From an uncultured delta proteobacterium (GTDB lineage: Bacteria; Desulfobacterota; Binatia; UBA9968), in the NCBI GenBank assembly GCA_963755715.1, contig CAVWLW010000033.1:64001-128000 (forward strand): DNA of 64,000 nt, given 5' to 3'. The notes under the pieces were generated by a model. That model ran no database searches. It was not told the DNA's origin and worked only from the letters and a program-made list of their open reading frames with translations. Position numbers and translations under genes: made by a program. Below are positions 51,053 through 60,240 of this stretch, one piece after another. How positions within the stretch are numbered: position 1 is the first letter of the stretch; each line of letters opens with the position of its first letter.

Positions 51053-51251
51053 CGTGCTCTCCTTGTTTTTAAATTTGACAGAACTTTCTTGGATTCGCAA
51101 TTTCAATTTGACTCGAGACGATGCGCTCTTTGACCGGGCGGTTTTAGAAAATCGCGGACTCTCGAATTGCCCTTCTCCGTCAAAATCTGTATAGCTCACA
51201 GAATCCGTTCAGCAATCAGCTCCGTAACGACGAAATCATTAATCTTCAAAG

Positions 51252-52132
51252 ATGACTTCCATTCCGGCTGAGTTTTACGCGCTGGCCAACGCGTTTCTAT
51301 TTGCGTTGCACAATATGTTCACCAAAAAAGCGCTGCGCTACTCCAATCCCGCGACCGCGGTGATCAGCAGTCTCTTGATCAACATCATTTTTCTCTGGGG
51401 CGTATCGATCTTGTTCGTGCCGTTGTCATCGCTGACCAGCGCTTCGATCCTGATTTTCGTCGTCGTCGGATTTTTTCAGCCCGGCCTGACCCGCTTGCTC
51501 AGCTACAAAGGCATCGACGCTCTCGGCGTGGCGATCACCGATCCGATCCGCGCCACTACGCCGTCTGTTCAGCGCCGCCATGGCGATAATTTTTCTTGGC
51601 GAGAAAATCACGTTGCCGATCATCGTCGCGACTTTGATGATCATCGCCGGCATCACCTTATTATCCTGGCGCAGCGGTTCGATGAAGCTCGCCGGCTCCG
51701 CGGTTTTTCTCTGGTATCCGATCGCGGCCTCGGCGCTCGCGGGCGCCACGCAAGTCGTGCGCAAGTTCGGCATGGCCGCAGTGCCTCACCCATTTCTCGC
51801 CGCCGCTGTGACCGCGACGTCATCTTTCATCGTATCGATCTTGACGCTTTGGTACGTCGAAAAAAGCCAGGAGACCTGGAAGATGAACCGCCAGTGCTTC
51901 TGGTGGTTTCTCGCCGCCGGCGTCACGATCAGCCTCGGCATGACCTGTATTTATTATGCGCTCGATCTCGGCAAAGTCTCGGTGGTGATTCCCATCAGCA
52001 GTACCGGGCCATTTTTTTCGCTAATCTTGGCCGCGATTTTTTTGCGCGACGTGGAAAAGGTGACGTTACGAATTGTCATCAGCGCCGACGATGATTGTCG
52101 GCGGGGTGGTGCTGCTGACGTTGTGGAAGTGA
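51252..52132 (+). CDS. EamA/DMT transporter (frameshifts near 51565 and 52087)
   Basis: Two EamA repeats; YYALDLGKVSVVIPISSTGPFFSLILAAIFLRDVEKVT. Confidence 0.8.
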
Positions 52133-52236
52133 AGCGAGACGCGATGGAAATCGGACACCGAGGTCTCTCTGCCAATTCTTTTCAAACCGAGCAAAACGCG
52201 TTATGAGAAAGCGATCAACACGGACGAGGTATTGTG

Positions 52237-54577
52237 ATGGCTGACTATTCCGTCGTAGGGCAATCGGTTTATCGAACGGACGCCAATCCGAAAGTGACCG
52301 GGCGGGCGCTGCATGTCGGCAATATCGAGATGCCGGGCATGCTGCACGTCGCGGTTTTGCGGAGTCCGTATGCGCATGCGCGGATTACGCGCATCGAGAA
52401 ATCGAAAGCGGAAGCGCTGGATGGCGTGGCAGTCGTATTGACCGGCGCTGAGATCGCAAAGATGCCGGGCATCGATCCGCACTTCGGGCCGGCGTTTCGC
52501 GATCAGCCGATTCTCGCCGTGGAAAGAGTCTGCTACATCGGCGATCCCGTGGTGGCGGTGGCGGCGGTCGATCGGCGCACGGCGGAAGACGCGCTCCAGC
52601 TCGTCGAGGTCGATTACGAGGCATTGCCCGCGGTCGCACGATGTGCTCGAAGCGGCGAAAGCCGGGATCGCCGCTGGTGCATGAGCAGCATCGGCCGGCG
52701 AAGGCTTTCGCCGATCTCGCCCACGTTAAAGCCGGTCAGCAATCGAACGTCTGTTATCACTTCAAGCTGCGCACCGGCGACGTCGACAAGGCGTTTGCCG
52801 AAGCTGATCGAGTATTCGAAGACACGTTCAGCTCGCCGCCGGCGCAGCATGTGCCGATGGAGCCGCACGTGACGTTGGCTTATCTGGACGAGCACGAGCG
52901 CCTTAACATCTGGACCGCGAGCCAATCGCCTTCTTATGTCCGAACGGAGATTTCTGCGACTTTCGGTATTCCCATGAACCGGATTCGCGTGCGCGTGCCG
53001 TACATCGGCGGCGGCTACGGCGCCAAGCTCTACGCCAAGCTCGAACCGCTGGTGACGGTGCTGGCGCTGATCACGAAAAAGCCGGTGCGTTACGCGCTCA
53101 CACGCGAAGAAGAATTTTTGACAATCACCAAGCACAAAGTCGTTACGAAAATCAAAACGGCAATCAAAGACGGCGCGATCACGCGCGCGTAAATGCGAAG
53201 TCTATTGGGACACCGGCGCCTACGCGGAAATCGGCCCGCGCATCGGTCACAAATCCGGCTACACATCGGCGGGGCCGTATCGCATCCCCAACGTCTGGAT
53301 CGATTCCTACTGCGTGTATACGAACAAAGTGCCCGCGGGTGCGTTCCGCGGTTTTGGCGTGCCTCAAGTTATCTGGGCCTATGATTCGCAAACCGACATG
53401 ATGGCGCGCGCGCTCGGTGTCGACCCCGTGGAATTTCGTTTGAAGCCGATGTTGGATGAAGGCGAGCGCTTCGCCACAGGTACGGTCGTGCGATCGTTCG
53501 GCATCAAAGAAGCGATCCGCCAGGCGGCCCAGGCGATCGAGTGGTCGAAGCCGAAGACCGGCGCAAAACGGAACCAAACGCCGTGGCAAAGGCATCGCCG
53601 CAGGCGTAAAGGCAGTGCTGACACCGTCGATTTCGGGTGCCATCGTCATTCTCAACGCCGATGGCACGGCCAACGTGCTTAGCAGCACCGTGGAGATGGG
53701 GCAGGGATCGGAGACAACGATGGGACAGATCGTCGCCGAGGAATTGGGCATTGCACCTGATCGCGTCCACATCGTTCAGCCGGATACCGATGTTACGCCC
53801 TATGATACGATCACGGCCGGCAGCCGTTCGACTTACCATATGGGCAATGCCGTGCGCATGGCCGCTGGAAAGATCAAAACGGAATTGTGCGAGGTGGTGG
53901 CGTCAAAACTAGAGGTAGCTCCGGACGATTTGCTATTGCGCAATGGCCGTGTCGTGGTGCGCGGTATGGAAGAGCGCGGCATGGCGATCGGTGAAATATT
54001 TCTGGCCAAGTTCGGCAGTCTCGGCACCACGCTCGCCGCCGAGGCGGTTTGCCAACCGACGGCGGCGCACATGGATCCGGAAACCGGCCAGTCGGAAAAA
54101 TGCACGGAGTATTGGTTTCCGTCGGCCACCGCCGCGGAGGTCGAGGTCGACACGGAAACAGGACGAGTTAAGATTCTCCAGCTCTTCAGCGTCGGCGACA
54201 CGGGCACCGCGATCAATCCGCGCCACTGTGAGCAGCAGTTAGTCGGCGCCGCGGTGATGCATTTAGGGCTGACGATGTTCGAGGAGATGATCTTCGACGA
54301 GGGTCAACTCGTCAATGGCTCGCTGCTCGATTATCAGGTGGCTTCGTTTAAGGATATGCCGGAGTCGATTCGACCGATTGTCGTTCAAGTGCCGCATGAA
54401 GACGGCCCTTTCGGTGCAAAAGGAGTGGGCGAAACCGGCGCATTAACAGTTGCGCCGGCGATCGCCAACGCAATCGACGACGCGGTTGGCGTGCGCATTC
54501 GCGATTTGCCGATCACGCCGGAAAAAGTTTTGCGGGCGTTGCTAGAGCAAAAAGAAAATGCCAGTGAAGGCCTTTGA
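52237..54577 (+). CDS. Xanthine dehydrogenase family molybdopterin-binding large subunit (frameshifts near 52637, 53188, 53565)
   Basis: KVTGRA, LRSPYAHARI, QHVPMEPH, IGGGYGAK, GAFRGFGVPQ, EMGQGSET, GPFGAKGVGE. Confidence 0.88.
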
Positions 54578-54619
54578 CGGCCATCGCCGGTTGTCCGAAA
54601 ATCATGGCCGATGCCGTGC

Positions 54620-55129
54620 TTACTGCCCCTTCGACGCGCCTTTTCTCATCGCGTCCATGTTGATGTTCGGCATGCCGGGCATCACGATATCGCCTGGCTT
54701 CTGTCCGGCTTTGCAGGGACCCAGCCATTTCGCTTCGATTACTGATGAGGATTCCTTCATCCCCGACATCGGCGGCTCATAGGTGCTCTTGATGTCGGCC
54801 TTATAGGCTGAGTCGAATTGGCCTGTGAAGACCGCGCGGGTTGTCGCGGTGCTGTTCTGCACTTTGCATACGGATTCGGCGACGATCTTGTCTCCTTCTT
54901 TGCGCATCTCATTCTTGCTGCACTGCGTTTTCTGATTTTCGCCCATCTCTTTTTTCATCAGGTCATCGGTTTTCTCGTCGACACACTGTTGCACCGCATG
55001 ACTGCCTTGGGTCTGCCCGCTCGAAATCTTGATCTCCCACAGGCCGGACTTGCGCTTGGGCGCATCGAAGGAAGCGGCGGCAGCAGCGCTGGCGGCAAAA
55101 AGGACGAGGAGCAGGGCGAAATATCTCAT
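54620..55129 (-). CDS. DUF3617 family secreted protein
   Basis: Signal peptide, PKRKSGLWEI, QQCVDEKTD, EAKWLGPCKAGQKPGDIVMP. Confidence 0.8.
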   Translation of the reverse strand: MRYFALLLVLFAASAAAAASFDAPKRKSGLWEIKISSGQTQGSHAVQQCVDEKTDDLMKKEMGENQKTQCSKNEMRKEGDKIVAESVCKVQNSTATTRAVFTGQFDSAYKADIKSTYEPPMSGMKESSSVIEAKWLGPCKAGQKPGDIVMPGMPNINMDAMRKGASKGQ

Positions 55130-55177
55130 GCTGCGATCCTTATAGGAGGAAGTTTTTCGATTGGCGCCGGACGTGAG

Positions 55178-56158
55178 TTAGATCGCCGCCGGCGAATCGA
55201 GTTCGAAGCCCAAATCCGAGATCATTTGATGGGCATCGGAGGCTTCTTGTCCCGGCGTCGTCAGGTAGCCGTTAACGAAGATCGAATTCGCCGGGTAGAG
55301 CGCCATCGGCTGCAGCGAGCGCAGGTTGATCTCTCTGCCGCCGGCGACGCGGATTTCTTTGCTCGGATTGACGAAACGAAAAAGGCAGAGAGTTTTCATG
55401 CAACGCTGCGGCGTGAGATGTTTTTTGTCCTCGAAGGGAGTTTTCGGGATTGAAGTGAGAAAATTGATCGGGATCGAATCGATGTCCATGGCGCGCAGCG
55501 ACAGTGCCAAGTCGATGATGTCCTCGTCGCTCTCGCCCATGCCGATGATGCCGCCGGAGCAGGTGCTGACGCCGGCCTGTTTGACGTTCTCAATGGTCGC
55601 GACGCGATCGTCATAGGTGTGCGTCGTGACAATTTCCGGATGGCGCGTGCGGCTGGTATTGAGGTTATGGTTGACCCGACCGACGCCGACGTCTTTGAGC
55701 CGGCGGATTTTTTCTTCGTTCATCAAGCCGAGCGAGCAGCAAATATTCATGCCGGTTTGAGCGCGGATCTCGCGCACGGCTTCAGCGATGTCGTCGATCT
55801 CTTTGTTCGTCGGGCCGCGGCCGCTGTTGACGATGCAGAACCGCACTGCGCCGGCGGCTTTGGCTTGCTTGGCATGTTCGACGAGTTTTTCTTTCGACAT
55901 GAAGGGATAGCGGTCGATGGGCGCTTCGGAGACCGAGGATTGAGAGCAGTAGTGGCAATCTTCCGGGCAAAGGCCGCTCTTGGCATTCTGCAACACGTGG
56001 ATTTGCACGCGTTTACCGTAATAGTGGCGTCGCACTTTGAATGCCGCGCTCACCAACTCGGGTAACTCCTCGTCCGTCGCGTCCAATACCGCTTTTAATT
56101 CATCTCGTTCGGGAATAATTCCTTGAAGCGCTTTGTCGGCCAACTGCTGAAAATCCAT
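55178..56158 (-). CDS. bioB: Biotin synthase
   Basis: NAKSGLCPEDCHYCSQS radical-SAM motif, NHNLNTS, CSGGIIGMGE, SIPINFL, IRVAGGRE, NSIFVNGYLTT. Confidence 0.95.
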   Translation of the reverse strand: MDFQQLADKALQGIIPERDELKAVLDATDEELPELVSAAFKVRRHYYGKRVQIHVLQNAKSGLCPEDCHYCSQSSVSEAPIDRYPFMSKEKLVEHAKQAKAAGAVRFCIVNSGRGPTNKEIDDIAEAVREIRAQTGMNICCSLGLMNEEKIRRLKDVGVGRVNHNLNTSRTRHPEIVTTHTYDDRVATIENVKQAGVSTCSGGIIGMGESDEDIIDLALSLRAMDIDSIPINFLTSIPKTPFEDKKHLTPQRCMKTLCLFRFVNPSKEIRVAGGREINLRSLQPMALYPANSIFVNGYLTTPGQEASDAHQMISDLGFELDSPAAI

Positions 56159-56183
56159 TCCTACCTCCGAAGTCAGACCGTTT

Positions 56184-56648
56184 TTAACATGCGCGGTCCG
56201 GCCTTGCAAATATCGCGGCGCGAGCGTGGAATTTCCCCCACGTGTACAAGAAAGCAGCCAGGACGAAATGGAAAAAAATCGGTATCGTGCCGCCGAACCA
56301 GCGCATTTCCGGGCGCAAGATCATGGTTATAACGTAGCGCAGCAGCATACTGCCCGCATAAATCGCGCTGAAGCTGATGAGAAATCTCGCCAAACGCATT
56401 CGCGTCTGCGCAAAAAATCCTTTGCCGCGCCAGACGTCGGAGACGATCTTGACCATACCGATTAACAGGACTACCTGAGTCGCCAGCAGAGTGGGATACG
56501 GAATGAGACCGGACGCCCACTGCTCCGTAGAAGGTAGCCAGCTGACCGAAAAAAATACCACAAGAGCTTGGCCCAAGACGCGCAGAAAGAAGAGCACGGT
56601 GAGAAAAGCGAGAACGGCGCCGTGCGCGCGAAATCGACCTCGCTTCAC
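56184..56648 (-). CDS. Hypothetical 4-TM membrane protein
   Basis: LFFLRVLGQALV..WLPSTEQWASGLIPYPTLL..RWFGGTIPIFFHFVLAAF; GTGA overlap with the GH3 stop. Confidence 0.75.
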   Translation of the reverse strand: MKRGRFRAHGAVLAFLTVLFFLRVLGQALVVFFSVSWLPSTEQWASGLIPYPTLLATQVVLLIGMVKIVSDVWRGKGFFAQTRMRLARFLISFSAIYAGSMLLRYVITMILRPEMRWFGGTIPIFFHFVLAAFLYTWGKFHARAAIFARPDRAC

Positions 56649-58318
56649 GGGAGCAATTCACTGGCCGTCTTTACGACAAACTGGATTTCGCTCGCCTCCT
56701 CAGGAGTAGCGCTCAGAAGCTGCGCCTTGAGTTGCACGTCGCGCGTTCCGGGCTGGAGAGCGGCATTGGCTTTGCGCTGGAACCAGCCCGGTTTCATCAC
56801 GCACAACAGAGGTGCGCCGAGCCGCCGCGACTCGCGTTTCTGCGCATATTCGACATTGAGCGCGCGCAGGGACGCGTCCAGTTCCTGCAGCAATTGCATG
56901 AGACGTTCTTGAGCCGGCATCGCACCGTCCAATTCCACGAAGAAAGAGTAAAGAGATTCTTCCGCATCGGCACAGGCGCGAAAGTGTTGAACCGCCATTC
57001 CCGCGGCGTTTTGCGCCTGTGCCATGGCCTGGATCACCTGGTTGACGTGAAGTTTCTCTCCAGTGATGTTGGTCACATCGCGGCCTTTGCGGACGAATTC
57101 AATCAACGGCGTTTGGTTATAAAAACCGGCGACGCGAACGACGTCATTGATATCGTAGCGGTAAAGACCGGCGGCCGTGGTGAGAACGAGATAATAACTC
57201 GCTCCTGCCTCGAGCTCAGCGCAGGTAAGGATCGTGGGCGCCGGGCTGTCAATTTCCGATTCGGGAATGAACTCATAGAAATTTTCATCGATAGCAAGAA
57301 TCCCGGCCGAGCCTGAGTCGGAAATCGGCAGCGTCATCTGCGCCTCGCTTGCCATATAGCCGAGATCACGCACCGGCGTCGTCTTGCCGAACCAGCGGGC
57401 GAATTCTTGCAGACGGACGCCGACGGTACCGCCCTTCCAACAACCGATGAGTTGCAGTCGCGGCCAATATTCTCTGGGGCGGAGCGACCCGTCGCTCTTG
57501 ATTAAAGATTCGAGTCTTCTCGCGCGCGCGGGGTTTTTCCTGAGACGGCCCGCGAGCGCCGCGCGCATTTCGGGCTGGAGGTTGCACCGCGCCGTGATGG
57601 TGCCGTCGCAAATGTCCTGGATAATTTCGTGTTTATTTCGATTGACGGTTTCAACCAGCTTCAGAATCGTGCTCGGGTTGGGCGTGCCGAGAAACGTAAT
57701 ATCGTGTTCCAGTGCCAAGCGCATGATGAGATAATACTTGGCTTCGAAGTCCTTCACTTCGGCGATCTCGTAGGGTGTTGCATAAGCGTTCTGAATCCAG
57801 CTCGGAGTGCTTTGATAGATCAATCCGGAAGCCGCGCCGAAAGGGATGCCGCCCGCCGTGCGCCCCTCGACGACGGGACTCACGACACCGAGCAGCTTGC
57901 CGCTAAAAAGATCCGGATGGTCGATCAACGCGCGGTAATACCACAGTCGGGTGAGCAGGCGATGATTTCTGCGCGTGGTCTCGGTGATGGGGATCAGTTT
58001 GGGCTGGCCGGTGCTGCCGCTGGTCAGGGTGAACATCAAAACCGGCGCTGCTGTCAACGCATGGGCCTCGCCGTTTTGCGCGCACTCGATGTACGGACGC
58101 AGACGCTCGTAGTCGCCGACGGAGACTTGCGCGCGATAATCGCTGAGAGAATGAATGGCCTCGAAGTGGTGATCGCGGCCGAAGCGCGTAGCGCGATTTC
58201 GCTTGATGAGATCGAAAAGCAGGTGATTTTGGATTTCTTGCGGCTTAGCCGTCAGGTCGTGCCATCGCGTCCACTGGCGACGCGTGAGAAACGCGGCGGC
58301 TTTTAGAAGGATGCCCAT
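56645..58318 (-). CDS. GH3 (auxin-responsive promoter) family acyl-adenylate-forming ligase
   Basis: TRFGRDHHF, TSGSTGQPKLIP, GYMASE, FYEFIPE, GLYRYDINDVV, TGEKL. Confidence 0.9.
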   Translation of the reverse strand: MGILLKAAAFLTRRQWTRWHDLTAKPQEIQNHLLFDLIKRNRATRFGRDHHFEAIHSLSDYRAQVSVGDYERLRPYIECAQNGEAHALTAAPVLMFTLTSGSTGQPKLIPITETTRRNHRLLTRLWYYRALIDHPDLFSGKLLGVVSPVVEGRTAGGIPFGAASGLIYQSTPSWIQNAYATPYEIAEVKDFEAKYYLIMRLALEHDITFLGTPNPSTILKLVETVNRNKHEIIQDICDGTITARCNLQPEMRAALAGRLRKNPARARRLESLIKSDGSLRPREYWPRLQLIGCWKGGTVGVRLQEFARWFGKTTPVRDLGYMASEAQMTLPISDSGSAGILAIDENFYEFIPESEIDSPAPTILTCAELEAGASYYLVLTTAAGLYRYDINDVVRVAGFYNQTPLIEFVRKGRDVTNITGEKLHVNQVIQAMAQAQNAAGMAVQHFRACADAEESLYSFFVELDGAMPAQERLMQLLQELDASLRALNVEYAQKRESRRLGAPLLCVMKPGWFQRKANAALQPGTRDVQLKAQLLSATPEEASEIQFVVKTASELLP

Positions 58319-58324
58319 TTCGCT

Positions 58325-60196
58325 CTATCCGCGCACTTCGTGCTTGACGGTTGCGAGACGTTCCAAGACGTCTTCCCTGACTGTGACGCTGAGGCCGCGC
58401 GTTTTCAAGAGCGGTGCGCGTCCGCCTAAACCGAAAGCGACGCTTTCGTATGTGAGATCCTCGGCGAGGAGCCAAGTGCCGAAGGAGCCTTCGGCGAATT
58501 CGAGCGCAGGCAAATACGCCGCAAAGGTTCGGCCTGCGGCCGAGAGGATACCGGTTTCGCCTACTTGCGCGCCGACTTGGATCTTGATGCCTGCTTCATG
58601 CGCGAGCTTGGCGATGGCCAGGCTGCCGGTGATGCCGCCGTTTTTTGACAGGCGGATATTGAAGTAATCGCAGGCGCCAAGCTCTATGAGCCGGCGCGCC
58701 TGTTCAAGCGTGACGAGCGACTCGTCGGCCATGACCGGGATTCCACTCTCAGCGCGTACGCGTTTCATTCCTTCCAGATCTTTGGCGGGCACCGGCTGTT
58801 CGATTGCTGCCAATTTGAATTGCTCGAGTCGTTGCAATTGTTCGATTGCTTCGTGAGCATTCCAAGCGCCGTTAGCGTCCGCGCGGAGTGCGACTTCGTC
58901 GCCGACCGCTTTGCGCACGGCGTCGAGTCGCGCTGCGTCGTCGGCGGTGCCGACTTTCACTTTGACCTGGTGTAATCCAAGCCGCGCCATGCGTTTGGCG
59001 AGAGCGGCGGCATCTTTCGGCTCATCGGCAGAGATCACGCCGCTGTACACGACTTCGAAACGGGCGGGAGGAAGCAAATCCGCCAGCGCGCAATGATCAA
59101 CGCGCAAGCTCCAATCGAGCAGGGCCAATTCGACGGCGCAAAAAGCTGCATTCCACGCGACGACGGTCGTTTCGCCGTTATCGCCGCGTGTCCAGTTCGG
59201 CATTAGCGCTTGCAGGTGTTCAAGAGTTTCCCAGCCTGGCGCGAAAGTTTGACGAAAAAGTTTTGGCGCCAGGTGGTCGCGAATACGCGCGACCATGGTT
59301 TCCGTCGTTTCTCCGGTAACGTAGGAGCGCGGCAGACTTTCGCCGAAACCGCTGCGGCCGTCGCTGCCGGTGACTTTAACGATCACCGCGTCGCTTTCTT
59401 CGCGGTTGTGCAGCGCATGGCGAAAAACTTGGTGGAATGGGATGCGCAATTGGTAGATGGTTAGAGACTCGATGCGTTGGGCTTGCGCCTTCGCTATTTT
59501 ACTTCGCGTGCGTTGCTTGGAGACCGGCGGAAAGTAGTGGCGCACGAAGAGGTTGTCGCCGAGAGTGAAATGCGCGATCTGGTCGAATAACGGATCGGGA
59601 ATCTCATGAAAGTTTAAATAATCCTGGATCACTGTCACGCCTTCCTCGGCGTGGCGGATATCGACTTCGGAATGAAGCTCAAACCAGAGCAGCGCCGCTT
59701 TGGGGATGGAATAGTGATTCGTCAAGGCTGTGGCAATTTCGCTCGAACAGCGCGACAGCATGAACTCGAAGCTCATGGTTTCCAGCAGGAGAGATAGGCA
59801 AAGCTCGCGCAAGGTCGCCACCGGCACTCGGGTGGCGCAGAAGATCGCCACGCGTTTGCGCGCGTCGGTGATCAGCTGATCGACTTCATTCTCGGGAAAT
59901 CCGATGCCTCGAACCAGCTCGACCAGCAGCGCTGAGTGAGGTTTTTCCTTCTCCGAACGGCCCATTTCCTCCAAGAGATTTTCTTTCAACAGCTCGGCGG
60001 CATTGGACGGAAGAGCGGCAAAGCACAGTGCCACGATATGCGCAGACAAATAATGCGTGCGAAAAACGTTGCGGATGAACTCGTGAGCGGCTTCGGTCGA
60101 GGCGTGACCGCAAGCGAGGCTTTGATATTCTCCGGAGTCGCGAAATTCGCGGGCCGCCTCGTTGAATGCGCGGGTAATTCGCTCGACGGAGATCAT
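58325..60196 (-). CDS. Fusion: heme-oxygenase-like di-iron (TenA/PqqC/CADD-like) domain + MLE-subgroup enolase domain
   Basis: N-terminal ENLLEEMG..PHSALL, SFEF, WFELHSEVDIRH; C-terminal GFGESLPRSYVTGET, KVKVG, DANGAW, EQP, DES, GAQVGET; start placed at MISVER. Confidence 0.8.
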   Translation of the reverse strand: MISVERITRAFNEAAREFRDSGEYQSLACGHASTEAAHEFIRNVFRTHYLSAHIVALCFAALPSNAAELLKENLLEEMGRSEKEKPHSALLVELVRGIGFPENEVDQLITDARKRVAIFCATRVPVATLRELCLSLLLETMSFEFMLSRCSSEIATALTNHYSIPKAALLWFELHSEVDIRHAEEGVTVIQDYLNFHEIPDPLFDQIAHFTLGDNLFVRHYFPPVSKQRTRSKIAKAQAQRIESLTIYQLRIPFHQVFRHALHNREESDAVIVKVTGSDGRSGFGESLPRSYVTGETTETMVARIRDHLAPKLFRQTFAPGWETLEHLQALMPNWTRGDNGETTVVAWNAAFCAVELALLDWSLRVDHCALADLLPPARFEVVYSGVISADEPKDAAALAKRMARLGLHQVKVKVGTADDAARLDAVRKAVGDEVALRADANGAWNAHEAIEQLQRLEQFKLAAIEQPVPAKDLEGMKRVRAESGIPVMADESLVTLEQARRLIELGACDYFNIRLSKNGGITGSLAIAKLAHEAGIKIQVGAQVGETGILSAAGRTFAAYLPALEFAEGSFGTWLLAEDLTYESVAFGLGGRAPLLKTRGLSVTVREDVLERLATVKHEVRG

Positions 60197-60240
60197 TTCG
60201 ACCCTTTCGTAGCTGTTGCGCGCTGAATAAAGAACGTAGC

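Noticed and set aside
52237-54577. Aerobic CO dehydrogenase CoxL
   Set aside because: Lacks the AYxCSFR or AYxGAGR loop, and there is no coxMS.
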